The position numbers were made by a program, and so were the translations under genes. 64,000 nucleotides of DNA from a virus: positions 1 to 64,000 of the IMG/VR virus record IMGVR_UViG_3300037840_000333; one strand, 5' to 3'. Of the stretch, positions 44,529 through 54,687 are shown in pieces. Under the pieces are notes generated by a model that had not been told where the DNA came from, made no database searches, and was given only the letters and a program-made list of their open reading frames with translations. The stretch's first letter is position 1. Each line of letters starts with the position of its first letter.

Positions 44529-45055
44529 CAGTACAGCTCCGTCACGCCGGCCTGGAAGCTGATCGGGAGCCGGACGCCGGCTAGCACTCCCTCGGGGCCG
44601 AGGGCGCTCAGTGGTCCGTACTTGAAGGGGATGCGCCGTTCGACCACGGCGCTCTCTAGGTGGAGCGTGATGACCGTCGCCAGCAAGATCGGCCCGTCCG
44701 CCATCAGCGTCAGCGCGTCGTCGCTCAGCTCCACCGGCGTCGGGATGCCGCCCGTCCTCCCTCGGCCGGTCAGCGTCCGCACCTGGCGGAGCAGGTTGAT
44801 CTCAAACTCGTAGAACAGGAGGATCTGATTCGGGTCCACCGACCGGGTGCTCTCCTGGCCGGGCACGCCCACGCTCATCCCGAGCCAGTTCACGGTGAGC
44901 TGGTCGCCGTCGAATGCCACCTGGGCGCCGGGCACGAAGCCCACCCGGGAGGGGAACACGAAGCCCTCGACGGTGCCGAGGAGCGCCACGATGGCGTTGA
45001 ACAGTGCCTCGCCGGCCGCGGTCGGGTTCTGCGGGGCGACCGCGAGCCCTGGCAC
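44528..45055 (-). CDS. Tail terminator-like protein
   Basis: Position; PGAQVAFD..LGPEGVLAG pattern. Confidence 0.6.
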   Translation of the reverse strand: MPGLAVAPQNPTAAGEALFNAIVALLGTVEGFVFPSRVGFVPGAQVAFDGDQLTVNWLGMSVGVPGQESTRSVDPNQILLFYEFEINLLRQVRTLTGRGRTGGIPTPVELSDDALTLMADGPILLATVITLHLESAVVERRIPFKYGPLSALGPEGVLAGVRLPISFQAGVTELY

Positions 45056-45058
45056 CGG

Positions 45059-45703
45059 CTAGCTCTTGGCGGCGCGAGCCTTCGCGTCCGCGGCGTTCTT
45101 GGCCGCCTGAACGGCCGCGAGGTCCGCCGGGGTGCCGGTTGGCGCCGGTGGGGGCGCTGCCGCCGGTGCGGGGCTCTCGGGGGCGCTGGGGGCGGCTGGT
45201 GCCGGTCCTCGTCGCTCCGCCAGCATCTGGCGTAGGGCGCCGTCGCTCAGGCTGTCGATACGCTGGCTCAGCGCCTCCTGGCCGGCCGCTCCGAGGAGAC
45301 TGAACTCGGTCGCCAGCTCCGCCATCTCGTGATCGGTGGCGCCGGCTCGGGCCCATCGGCCGCTGCGGAAGTTGGCAGGTATCTCGACGGGCGCCGGTGG
45401 CAGAAGGTCGGCCGGGTCCTGCTCGACGGGCTGGGGCGCCGGCGCTTCGACGGGCTCGGCTGGCGCCGGCTCCGCCTCGGGTACGGACGCCGCTGGCTTG
45501 CTCACTCGCTGCTCGATGTCTTCCACTAGGGCCTCCCGGCTGGGCGCCACAAGGTGGAACCCGTCTTGCTCGTCTCCTACTCTGGCCCCTACCCACCCGC
45601 CATCAAGATCGAAGGCGGGGTACTCCACACCGCTCACCGTGAGCGGGTCGCTCGGGTGCCACGGGCCCCGGATGGCGGCCTGCTCGGCGGCGTCGTCTTG
45701 CAT
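45059..45703 (-). CDS. Hypothetical acidic/Pro-rich protein
   Basis: TAGCAT -10 box 6 nt before the ATG (leaderless). Confidence 0.7.
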   Translation of the reverse strand: MQDDAAEQAAIRGPWHPSDPLTVSGVEYPAFDLDGGWVGARVGDEQDGFHLVAPSREALVEDIEQRVSKPAASVPEAEPAPAEPVEAPAPQPVEQDPADLLPPAPVEIPANFRSGRWARAGATDHEMAELATEFSLLGAAGQEALSQRIDSLSDGALRQMLAERRGPAPAAPSAPESPAPAAAPPPAPTGTPADLAAVQAAKNAADAKARAAKS

Positions 45704-45712
45704 GGCGCGATG

Positions 45713-46570
45713 CTAGCCAGCCGGCATGCGCCGGGTGTCGGATATGTCCGGGCTCCACACCAGCGGTCGGTGCCGGCTCTTGGTCGGGTTCACCAGCTCG
45801 ACGAACAGATCGACCTCGTACAGCCCGAGGAGCCCCTTGCTGAGGAAGTCCATCACGTCGGGCACGTCCACCGTCACGCCTTGGCGGCTGATGTGGGCCA
45901 ACCGCTGGGGGAGCGTGTTCGGCTCGTCCATGGCGTTGAGGGTGAGCTGAGCGGCGAGCACCTGGGCGGCGAGGACGCCGGCGCTCGGGGGCGGGCTCCC
46001 GTACATGTAGGTGATGCTGAAGGTCCCGGGCTGGGTGTCGGGCAGGTCCTTCAGTTGATTCACCGGCCACCCGTACCGGGCCGTTGCGGTGGCGCCCGCC
46101 GTCGGCCGGGCCCGGATGAGATTGCGCCGGCTCTGCAGGTAGTACTCGTCGCTCGGGATCAGCAGCCCGTCGATCTTGACGCTGAGGATGCTGGTCACCG
46201 GGTAGGCGCCAAGGTCAACCTCGGGCGGCTTGCTCGTGCCGTAGGTGTTCACGATGGCGCCCGGCACGCCGTAGGCGCTGGCCGCCTGGCCGGCCGACTG
46301 GTAGCCCTGGGGCACGCCGCGGTGGCCGAACCTCGTGTCGATATCGGTCGGCCGACTGTCGGGGCGCACCGTCACCGGGCCGCAGTTGCCGGTGAACTGG
46401 CGGGCGCTGGCGATGTAGAGGACCTCGCTCGCCACCGTCGCCATCTGCGCCGCCATCGCCTCGGTCGGGGGCGTCGCCAGGTTCTCGACCGCCACCGCAT
46501 CGAGCACGTCGCTCGCCGCGATCCACGGGGCGCAGGGCCCGGTGCGGGGCAGGTCGAATGTCTGCGTCAT
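45713..46570 (-). CDS. Head-to-tail adaptor
   Basis: ASEVLYIASARQFTG.CG..VRP; LPQRLAHISRQGVT; GLYEVDLF..NP. Confidence 0.85.
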   Translation of the reverse strand: MTQTFDLPRTGPCAPWIAASDVLDAVAVENLATPPTEAMAAQMATVASEVLYIASARQFTGNCGPVTVRPDSRPTDIDTRFGHRGVPQGYQSAGQAASAYGVPGAIVNTYGTSKPPEVDLGAYPVTSILSVKIDGLLIPSDEYYLQSRRNLIRARPTAGATATARYGWPVNQLKDLPDTQPGTFSITYMYGSPPPSAGVLAAQVLAAQLTLNAMDEPNTLPQRLAHISRQGVTVDVPDVMDFLSKGLLGLYEVDLFVELVNPTKSRHRPLVWSPDISDTRRMPAG

Positions 46571-46591
46571 CGGGGGCTCCTCGCCCCGACC

Positions 46592-47815
46592 TTATGCCGT
46601 GGCCGGTATGGGTGCCAGGCCGCTGACCGGCAGGGTGGCCCGGCCGGCTCGTGCGTACTGGAAGACGCGGGAGCTGTCGAACTGCCAGTCACCGAAGGGT
46701 CCCGACCCAAAGCTCGGGTTCTCGAACGCCTCCCCCTGGTACATGTTCGGCAGCAGGGCGGCGTCGAAGGTCCGGGCGTCCTCCCGCAGGTTCCGCACGC
46801 CGGGGATCACCCAGCGCCAGTACGGCAGGTAGTTGACCTGGGTGCCTCCGTTGATGGCCTTCCCCCATACCTCGATGCCCACGCCGTCGGGGTTCCCGAC
46901 GATGCCGAGGGGCGGGGACTGGTAGCCGGTGTCGTTCCCGGGGCCGGCCGTCGTGTCGCTGGCCTGGTAGTGGCCTCTCGGGGTGAGGACGCCGGTGTCC
47001 ACGAACACCGGGTCGATCGCTCCGGGGGCGATGGTGGTCGTGATGGTCTGGCTCTCGCTCACTTCCAATGCCACCGCGCCGACGCCGGCGGGCGCGGTCG
47101 TCGTGAACACGATCTTCGGCGTGTTCGTGTCGCCCGCGATCTGGAACGTGGTGCCGGACGGGACCGAGGAGGTCAGCGCCGTCACGGTGAGGCTGGTCGG
47201 GGTGCCGGTGCCGCTGGCCGCGCTGGTGGCCTGGGTGCCGATGTTCGGGATCGTCCCGAGCAACTGCTCGCCGCCGGGGGAACGACCGTAGACCTTCAGC
47301 CCGAGGGCGCCGGCCGCCGGGGTAAGCCCGCCGACCACGGCCAATCCGGCGGTGCCGCTCGCCACCGTGGCGGTGACCTCGGTGCCGATGGCGCTCTCGC
47401 CGTACTGGTTGAACTGGCTCTGACGGTAGCCGTAGGTGCCGGCGGCGAGGGAGCCGAGCGTGATCTGCCCGGTGGCCGCGGCCGTCCCGGTCGGGGCCGT
47501 CAGGGCCACGGTGTTGTCGGTGAACACGGTGCCGCCGGCGAGGATGGCGTGGAGGACCGGGTCGGGGTTCGCGACCTCGATCTGCACCGTGTAGTACTTG
47601 GGCATATCGCCGTGCTTGTAGTGCTGGGCGATGTCGCCGTTGGCCTTGATCGTCACGAGGTCAACGCCGGTCTCCATCGCCGGCGTGAACGTGAGCTTCA
47701 GCATCTGGTCGGTGACGAACACGTTGCTTCCCACCGCGGGGAACCCGTCCGAGTCGAGGGTGGAGAACCTCGTCACGTCGGAAAATACCTGGGCAGCACC
47801 ATCAGGAATAGGCAT
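46592..47815 (-). CDS. Major tail protein with inserted FN3/Ig-like domains
   Basis: TRFSTLDSDG..KANGD..IEVWGK..YWRWVIP..FGSGPF core; position after the capsid genes. Confidence 0.8.
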   Translation of the reverse strand: MPIPDGAAQVFSDVTRFSTLDSDGFPAVGSNVFVTDQMLKLTFTPAMETGVDLVTIKANGDIAQHYKHGDMPKYYTVQIEVANPDPVLHAILAGGTVFTDNTVALTAPTGTAAATGQITLGSLAAGTYGYRQSQFNQYGESAIGTEVTATVASGTAGLAVVGGLTPAAGALGLKVYGRSPGGEQLLGTIPNIGTQATSAASGTGTPTSLTVTALTSSVPSGTTFQIAGDTNTPKIVFTTTAPAGVGAVALEVSESQTITTTIAPGAIDPVFVDTGVLTPRGHYQASDTTAGPGNDTGYQSPPLGIVGNPDGVGIEVWGKAINGGTQVNYLPYWRWVIPGVRNLREDARTFDAALLPNMYQGEAFENPSFGSGPFGDWQFDSSRVFQYARAGRATLPVSGLAPIPATA

Positions 47816-47833
47816 CGGTTGTGATTCTCCTCG

Positions 47834-49351
47834 CTAGGTGGAAAGGGTGACTCGGACGGCCGCCAGTCGGTTCTGATCCCACGTGGCGGCCGCATACCGC
47901 TGGGCTCGGATGGTCACCTGATTCGGTGCTCCCGCTTCGCTCCGGTCCAGGGCCTCGGCGAATACAGGCGGCGTGACGAATGGCTCGTCCAGCCGCACCG
48001 ATACCAGGTCCGTCGCGAACATCCAGGCCGTGCCGGCCGTCGGGGTGGCGTTGGCATTGCCGATGGGCCCGGTGGCGCCGCTCGTCGGGTAGCCGCTCCC
48101 GGGCACGATGATGTTGTCCATCACGCTGAGCAGCAGGCTTCCCACCCGTCGGGCGCCGAGCAGGTTGGGGCTCGTCTCGGGGGCGACGTGCAGCACGCCC
48201 TGGCCGCCGAACCCGGTGTTGGCGAGGTAGTCCTCGAGGATTTGGATGCCCCGGGTGATGGTCGGCGGTCCTCCGCCCGGGGTCAGGTCGCTGGCCGCCA
48301 GCGTGCCGCCTCCGCTGCTCGGGGTGCCGCTTTGGGTCAGGAAGGCGTTGAGCCCTCCCGCCGGCCCGGTGGCGTCGTACATGGGCCCGGTGAGGGTGTT
48401 CTGAGCGAAGGCGCCGCTCCAAAACTCCCGTTCGATGGCGTTCGGCGTGGCGTTGTCGAGCAGGCGCAGGGCCCGGCCCGTCCAGTCCCTTACCTGCCAG
48501 TTGAAGGCGGAGCAGGTGTCCTCGACCTGGATCAGGAATGGGACGAATCCGACCTGGGCCAGGTTCGTGTAGGTCCCGGGGCCGCCGGTCGTGTTGCTCA
48601 CCGGCACGGTCACGCCGCTCGGGGTGGCGGTGCCGTCGTCCAGGTAGCTGTTCGTGGCGGTGCTGGCGAGGAAGTGGACCGTCGAGGAGTGGGTCCGGCC
48701 GTAGACGTTGTAGCTCGTGGCGCCGGCGATGGCCGGCCAGCTCAGCGCGGCACTCCCGGTGGTCACGGCCACGGTCACCGTCGAGCTGCCGACCGTCTCG
48801 CCGTTCGCGTTGACGGCCGTCACCTTGTAGTCGTAGCTGGCGGTCGTCAGGCTATGGCTTCCGCCGGCGCTGTTCACTCCCACCGGCACGGGGACGCCCA
48901 GGGCGGGCAGGTCGATGGTCTGGCCGCACGGGTCCGCCAGCACGCCCTGGGACTGATTCTCGGGGGCGTAGGCGAAGCCACCCGTCCACCGGCTGCCTCG
49001 GGTGGCCGGGTAGATGCTCGCCGGCAGGGTGTCCACGGTGACGCCGACGTTCTCCTCGGCCTGTTTCAGCTCCATGTCGTCCATGACGCCGACGGCCGCC
49101 ACGAGGGCGTTGCGCTCCTCGACGGCCTTCCGCCAGGCCTCGTCGCCCGGCGGCTTGTCCCACACGTGGCCCTCTAGCTCCAAGTCGAAGCGGCGCAGCC
49201 AGCCGGCCGCGCTGAGGCTCGGGCCGCCGCCTGGGCCGAAGGTGTCCGTGTTGACGTCCGGCATCAACGCGCTCGCCACGATGTTGAGCTGCGGTGGTTT
49301 CGGCGGGGGCGGCGCCGCCACCGGGGCGTACAGCCTGGGGGCCATCGCCAT
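47834..49351 (-). CDS. Capsid pentamer / minor capsid protein with FN3-like insert
   Basis: Follows the MCP; AIEREFWSG, LEDYLA..GVLH, IVPGSGY..G, WMFAT, NQVTIRAQR. Confidence 0.65.
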   Translation of the reverse strand: MAMAPRLYAPVAAPPPPKPPQLNIVASALMPDVNTDTFGPGGGPSLSAAGWLRRFDLELEGHVWDKPPGDEAWRKAVEERNALVAAVGVMDDMELKQAEENVGVTVDTLPASIYPATRGSRWTGGFAYAPENQSQGVLADPCGQTIDLPALGVPVPVGVNSAGGSHSLTTASYDYKVTAVNANGETVGSSTVTVAVTTGSAALSWPAIAGATSYNVYGRTHSSTVHFLASTATNSYLDDGTATPSGVTVPVSNTTGGPGTYTNLAQVGFVPFLIQVEDTCSAFNWQVRDWTGRALRLLDNATPNAIEREFWSGAFAQNTLTGPMYDATGPAGGLNAFLTQSGTPSSGGGTLAASDLTPGGGPPTITRGIQILEDYLANTGFGGQGVLHVAPETSPNLLGARRVGSLLLSVMDNIIVPGSGYPTSGATGPIGNANATPTAGTAWMFATDLVSVRLDEPFVTPPVFAEALDRSEAGAPNQVTIRAQRYAAATWDQNRLAAVRVTLST

Positions 49352-49450
49352 CGCTAGCTCCTCCGCCTGGCACGGCCGCGCCTCAACGCACCACCACCAG
49401 GAGCGTCAAGGCGGGCCGAAGCCAGGAAGGTGTCTCGCATGCTTGTCCGG

Positions 49451-51364
49451 CTACTCGTGGTAGGTCGGGGATCCGGCCGCCGAGCTGATGCCCGTCGGGA
49501 GGACCGTCTGTTGGACCTGATATGCCTCGATGCCTCGGAAGGCCAGACCCTCAAAGGTCTCGGTGAAGGTCTCGTAGTCGTTGGTGGCGTCGAGCAGCGA
49601 GTCCCGCACGACCCCGAGGTCGAGCCGGCCGCCGTCGAGGAACTGGAACGTGCCCTCCACGTAGAGGAACCACACGAGCTGGAACGCTCCGTCGCTGGTC
49701 TGGCCGGGCCATTGCGGCTGGGCACCGGCGGTCATCACCGGGAAGAACTGCGCCGTGATGGCGCCGCCGCCCGTCCCGTAGGTGCCGGCCTTCAGGCCGT
49801 CGAGCGTCCAGATGATGTTGCTGATGCCTCGGGCGCTGAACCAGTCCTCGATCTCGGCGTCGCTGATGGCGAGCACGTTGATGGAGCCGGCGTTGTCGTG
49901 CGCAGCCTCTCGGGCCATGTCGCTGCGGAACAGCCCCTTGGCCCAGGCCGGGAAGATGGCCGTCAGCCCGATGTTGTCGGGGAATCGGTGGCTGTACCGA
50001 TACTGCTCGACGGTCAGGTCCACGGTCGGGAGCAGGTCCCGCACCGCACCGAGATAGTGCTGGGGGACAACCTGCTTCGTGTTGGCCGCCAGCAGGGTCA
50101 GCAGCTCCAACTCGGCCTCTCGGGCGGTGACCGCCACGGCCTGCTGGGTGTTGGCCGCCACCTGCTCGGGGGCGAAGCGGCTCTGCATGTTGCCGAACTG
50201 CACCCGGGTGGTCACGGCGTTCACGTAGACCAACTGCTCGGCGCCGCAGGCGACCGTCCACACCGGCTTGGTCGCTCCGCCCGGGCTGGCGTCGGTCGCC
50301 TCGGTCCAGATTCCGGTCGAGAGTCCGGCGCCGCTGGCGGTGCCCTGCAAGCTGGGCACGCCGATGTCGGGCGGGCTCACGAATCGGATACCGCCTCGGG
50401 TCGCCTGGAAGGCGGGCAGGCCGTCACGCAGTGGGCGGTCGGCCGTGCTCCACGTCGGGACGGCGTAGTCCACGTTGACCGGGAGGCAGATGCCGCCGGT
50501 CGCGACGAGGGCGCCGGTCTGGCGGTCGGCCCGGGGGGCGCCGAAGTCACACACGGCGTTGATGCGCTCCGTGTTCACGTCGGCGTCTCCGCCAAGCTGG
50601 CGCTCCTTCGGGTACTCCCAATGGGCGCTCGCCACGAGCTGCTGGCTGAAGTCGTGGGCGCTCTGCAGCGTCCGCAGACGCTCGGCCATCGCCTCGGCCA
50701 GTGCCGTCGGGTCCTCCAAGGGCGTCCCGGGCGGAATGTGATGGTTGCCGGCGGTGGCGACGATGCTCGCTCCATACGGGGCCGGGGTGGGCTGGTCGGG
50801 GCTGGCCTGGGCCGGCCCGGTGGCCGCGGCCATGGCCGGGATCATGCCGCTGCTCCCGATGGAGCCTCGGGCCGGCTGGGCGCTGGCCGCTACGGGCACG
50901 AGCGGGTTGCCGGCGTCGTCGGTCGCCGGCTGGCCCTCGCCCTCGGGCGCCTGCTCCTTGGCCTTGGCCGCCTTGGCCCGCTTCTCCTCGTCGGTCTCCT
51001 CCTCGCCCTCGGCGGGCGCCTCGCCCTCGACAGGTGCCGGCGCTCCCTCGGGGGCAACCTCCTCGGGTGCCGTCTCGGGGGCCTCGTCCTTCGGCGGGTT
51101 GCGCAGGGCGTCGGCCCGCTCCCGCATGTCGGCCCGCTTCTGAGCGGTCTCAGCGGCCTCGGCCTCGCGCCGGGTGACCTCGCCGCGCACGGACTCCATG
51201 CCGTTGATGAGGTACTCCATGTCGGACACGGAATCGGCGGTCGCCTCGGCGTCCGGCACCTTCGCCATGTCATCGAACGTGGTGTCGATGAGCCCCTGGA
51301 GCTCGGTCAGCTCCTCGGGGGTCAGATTCTGCAGGTTTTCGAGAAGCTGCCGGATACGGTCCAT
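49451..51364 (-). CDS. Major capsid (hexamer) protein with N-terminal scaffold domain
   Basis: ALVATGGICLP, RGGIRF, LDLGVVRDSLLDATNDYETFTETFEG. Confidence 0.92.
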   Translation of the reverse strand: MDRIRQLLENLQNLTPEELTELQGLIDTTFDDMAKVPDAEATADSVSDMEYLINGMESVRGEVTRREAEAAETAQKRADMRERADALRNPPKDEAPETAPEEVAPEGAPAPVEGEAPAEGEEETDEEKRAKAAKAKEQAPEGEGQPATDDAGNPLVPVAASAQPARGSIGSSGMIPAMAAATGPAQASPDQPTPAPYGASIVATAGNHHIPPGTPLEDPTALAEAMAERLRTLQSAHDFSQQLVASAHWEYPKERQLGGDADVNTERINAVCDFGAPRADRQTGALVATGGICLPVNVDYAVPTWSTADRPLRDGLPAFQATRGGIRFVSPPDIGVPSLQGTASGAGLSTGIWTEATDASPGGATKPVWTVACGAEQLVYVNAVTTRVQFGNMQSRFAPEQVAANTQQAVAVTAREAELELLTLLAANTKQVVPQHYLGAVRDLLPTVDLTVEQYRYSHRFPDNIGLTAIFPAWAKGLFRSDMAREAAHDNAGSINVLAISDAEIEDWFSARGISNIIWTLDGLKAGTYGTGGGAITAQFFPVMTAGAQPQWPGQTSDGAFQLVWFLYVEGTFQFLDGGRLDLGVVRDSLLDATNDYETFTETFEGLAFRGIEAYQVQQTVLPTGISSAAGSPTYHE

Positions 51365-51419
51365 GAGGGTCTGTGCTCCTTTTGAGCTGGCGCGTGGTGC
51401 CTGTGATTGAGGGCGACCG

Positions 51420-51460
51420 GGCGCTAAGACCCTGCATCTCGATAGCTCGGCGCTAAGACC
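51420..51460. repeat. 12-bp direct repeat in the capsid gene leader
   Basis: ggcgctaagacc at 51420-51431 and 51449-51460. Confidence 0.7.
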
Positions 51461-51503
51461 GCAGCTACTTGGATCGAGAGTCTGACCTGTCCGAAACGTG
51501 AAA

Positions 51504-51719
51504 TCAAGCACCCTCGCTCGGGGGGGCCTGGTCGGCGGCGTCGCACTGGCTGCACCAACCGTCGATCAGCTTCGTGCCGCAGTCGGGGCAGTGGGTCAGC
51601 CCGGGGGGTCTCGGCCATCGCTCCTGGGGCTCGCCCGTCCACCACGGGCGCAGGTCGGGCGGCTCGCCTCGTGTGCTCCAACCGGATAGATCGGCGCCTG
51701 GGTGACGGCGCCGTGGCAC
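51504..51719 (-). CDS. Small zinc-ribbon protein
   Basis: CPDCG..CSQC. Confidence 0.5.
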   Translation of the reverse strand: MPRRRHPGADLSGWSTRGEPPDLRPWWTGEPQERWPRPPGLTHCPDCGTKLIDGWCSQCDAADQAPPSEGA

Positions 51720-51720
51720 G

Positions 51721-54687
51721 TCAGGCCCGGATGGACTCCGCCCGTGCTCGCAGGCGCTCCATCGCCAACCCGAACACAGGGCGTAGCCCTCGCTCCATCC
51801 GCTCTAGCCGCTCCTCGATGGTCGGGGTGTGCAGCTCCTCGGGCAGGTGGAACATGGGTACGCCGGCTGCCACCAGTCGGGTGACCTCGCCGCTGTGCGG
51901 GTTCTTGGTCGCCATCACCATCGGGAACCCGGCGTTGTTCACGAACAGCACGTTCGTCAGCTCCCGGCCGGCTCCCCACGGGCGCCAATCGCCGCTCGGC
52001 GGGTTGGCCCGCAGGGTGAACACCTGCTCCTCGGTGGCGCTCGGGTGCAGGGCACCGTGGATCCAGATGCCGAACTTGTCCTCGCCGGCCCGCACGAGGG
52101 CGGTCGTCAGCCCGCTGTTGTCGTAGTGGGCCATGGCCCGGTGGTAGTCCATGCTCTCGCCGGCGTGGCCGGTGTCCGCCGTCATCCGTCCGACGCCGAT
52201 GATCTGGCCCTCGGCCGTCACCACCCGTCCGTCACCGTGGAATCGCTCGTAGTTGCTTCGGCTCCTCGGCGCCATGATGCACTGGCCGTTGTTGAGGAAG
52301 GCGGGCGACTGGTGGCACACGCCCCACTGAGCGATGTGGCCGAAGACCTCGCCCTCCTCCGTCACGGTGATCGGACAGGCGAACTTTCCGCTCGGCTTGC
52401 CGGTCTTCGGGTTCACGGTCTCGCCCACCCGGGGGTCGCCGTCGATGAACGCCGGGTCGTCGAACCACACCGACGGGGGGTGGAGCAGGCTCGGGCCCTG
52501 GGCCGTGACGCTGGCGACCAGCGCCTCCTCCTCCGCCTCGCTGCACGGCACACAGGGCTCCTCGTCCACGTAGCGGATCGCCATCTGCGCCTCCGCCGGC
52601 GCCTTCGGCAGCGTGCCCTCGGGCACGTTCGTGCCGTCGCCGAGGACGATGAACGCGCCCTCAAAGGCAGCGAACGGGCAGACGGTGATGCCCATTACCT
52701 GGCCCTCGACCAGGTGGTCCATCAGCGGCACGTCGAACACGTCCACGCCGGCCTCGACAGGTCCGGGGGTCGTCTGCACCGTGGCGTTGCCCACGTCGAT
52801 GCTGACGCCCATGCGCCCCATCTGCTCCAAGATGCCGGCCCACTCCACGCCGTCGTCGGTGGTGAGCAGGTGGCCCGTCGCCTTTCCGGTCGTCCCGTCC
52901 CGCTCGATAGCGTCCACCCGGCCGATGAGGACGGCCGGATCGTTCGGGCTGAATCCGCTCGGGTCGTGGGGGCTCGTCTTCAACCCCATCAGGGCCAGCG
53001 GGGGCGTGCGCCAGGTCAGCCCGCTCGTGTCGGGGGTCGGCGCGTCGATCATGCGCCCGTCGCCGGTCGGCGCTCCCTCGATCCAGGCCACCGGGATCGT
53101 GAACTGCGGGCCGAGGGTCATGCTCGGGGTCGGGTCGAGCGGGGGCAGGCCCGTGGGCTCGGGCGGCATGGCCGGGGCCTTGGGCGGTCCGTCGGAAGGT
53201 GGCGGGGGTGGCGGGGCGAACGCCTCCGCCTCGGCGCCGGCTTTCTCCTCACCCGCGGCGACGGGTGCCGGGGTCGGGGCCACGTCGGGCTGGCTCACCA
53301 CGTCACCGGCCGGGATCATGCCGGGGCAGTTGCAGCTCGTGCAGGGTCCACTGTTGCCGCCTAGCTCGGGGTCGTCCTCGTGCTCGGCGCCGGTGTGGCC
53401 GCACTGCGGGTTCTGGCAGATTTCGGCGTCCTCGATGTCGCCGGGCCCTGGCCCGTTGTCATCGGCGTCGTTCGGCACGCCGTCGGCGTTGCCGGGGGTC
53501 GTGTTGCCGCCGGGGGTGGGGGCGAATCCCGTCTGGCCGTTCGTGCTGGCCGCGGCCGGCGGTGGCGGTGGCGGGCCCTTGGCCGGCGGTGGGGGCGGCG
53601 TGGGTGCCTTCGGCGGTGGCGGTGGGCCCTTCGTGGCGTCGGGCTCGCTGGCGTCGGCCGCCTGGTCGGTCACCACGCCGTCCATTATCTTGCTGGCCTG
53701 CTCCAACCCGGCGAGGACCTTGGCGTCCTTCGGATCGCTCTTGGAATCCGGGTCGCCCTGCTGCAGCTCGACAGCGTGGTCCACGGCCGCCTTGGCCGCG
53801 GCCACGGCCTCGGTGATGGTGCTGTCCGCCTTGGCGTCCGCTGGGGAGCCCGGTGCCGCCTTGTCGGGCGGGGCTGGGGGTGTTGGCGCCTTGCCGCCCG
53901 GCGGGGGCGGAGGGGCAGCAGGAGGGGCGTGTGGCGGCGGAGGGGGCGGTGGAGCGAACTGCGCCAGGAGCTGGCCGCGCTCGTCGTCGTTGAGGTCCGC
54001 GAGCCGCTGGGCGAACTCCTCGACCTGGGCGCTGGCCTTCAGGCTGCCGTCGCTGTTCCAGTTGTCGGGGATCTTGCTGGCACACCCGAGGGAGCTGGCC
54101 CGGGACATGATGTGCTTGCGGATGGCGTTGTGGCCGGCGCTCCCCCGGCCCACGGCGCTGATGGCGGTGCTCACGCTGTTGTCGCCGTCGCAGGTAGTGA
54201 TGGGATAGCTGCCATCGGGCATGGCCGCGCCACTGCTCGCCGCCTTGTCCCGCTCGGCCTGGCTGATGAACGTCCAGTAGGGCTCGGTGCCCAGCCGCTC
54301 CCGGGCCTCGGCCGTTACGGCTTCGTAGCTGGCCTGCAGCTCGACGGCTAGGGCCTCGGCCTGCTCGGCGGTGAACGACGCAATCAGCGCGTCTCGGGTC
54401 ATCGGCATGGCGGCATTCTCCCCCATCTTGGTTGCGGTGTCACGGACGGTATGGTCCTCGCTCCCGGCCGGCCCTCCGCACACGCTGATGTGCCGAAGCT
54501 GGCAGAAGCCCTCGGGGCTGTCGAGGTGCTCGGACATGACGCTCACGCAGTCATCGAAGTCACCCGGGCTGCACCAACTGATCTGGCCGTCGGCGCCGTC
54601 CTCGACCCACTTGATGAGCGGTGCCGCATCGCCGCCGGCGAAGGCGGCCATTACCTCGTCAGGTGGTCGGCGGGCTGGCGTCGTCAC
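51721..54687 (-). CDS. Capsid maturation protease with multidomain N-terminus
   Basis: EGAPTGDGR..GVSID..AFEGA; GHIAQWGVCH; VRAGEDKFGIWIHG; SGDWR; N-terminal WCSPGDFDDC and MPDGSYPI modules and Pro-rich linkers. Confidence 0.85.
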   Translation of the reverse strand: MTTPARRPPDEVMAAFAGGDAAPLIKWVEDGADGQISWCSPGDFDDCVSVMSEHLDSPEGFCQLRHISVCGGPAGSEDHTVRDTATKMGENAAMPMTRDALIASFTAEQAEALAVELQASYEAVTAEARERLGTEPYWTFISQAERDKAASSGAAMPDGSYPITTCDGDNSVSTAISAVGRGSAGHNAIRKHIMSRASSLGCASKIPDNWNSDGSLKASAQVEEFAQRLADLNDDERGQLLAQFAPPPPPPPHAPPAAPPPPPGGKAPTPPAPPDKAAPGSPADAKADSTITEAVAAAKAAVDHAVELQQGDPDSKSDPKDAKVLAGLEQASKIMDGVVTDQAADASEPDATKGPPPPPKAPTPPPPPAKGPPPPPPAAASTNGQTGFAPTPGGNTTPGNADGVPNDADDNGPGPGDIEDAEICQNPQCGHTGAEHEDDPELGGNSGPCTSCNCPGMIPAGDVVSQPDVAPTPAPVAAGEEKAGAEAEAFAPPPPPPSDGPPKAPAMPPEPTGLPPLDPTPSMTLGPQFTIPVAWIEGAPTGDGRMIDAPTPDTSGLTWRTPPLALMGLKTSPHDPSGFSPNDPAVLIGRVDAIERDGTTGKATGHLLTTDDGVEWAGILEQMGRMGVSIDVGNATVQTTPGPVEAGVDVFDVPLMDHLVEGQVMGITVCPFAAFEGAFIVLGDGTNVPEGTLPKAPAEAQMAIRYVDEEPCVPCSEAEEEALVASVTAQGPSLLHPPSVWFDDPAFIDGDPRVGETVNPKTGKPSGKFACPITVTEEGEVFGHIAQWGVCHQSPAFLNNGQCIMAPRSRSNYERFHGDGRVVTAEGQIIGVGRMTADTGHAGESMDYHRAMAHYDNSGLTTALVRAGEDKFGIWIHGALHPSATEEQVFTLRANPPSGDWRPWGAGRELTNVLFVNNAGFPMVMATKNPHSGEVTRLVAAGVPMFHLPEELHTPTIEERLERMERGLRPVFGLAMERLRARAESIRA

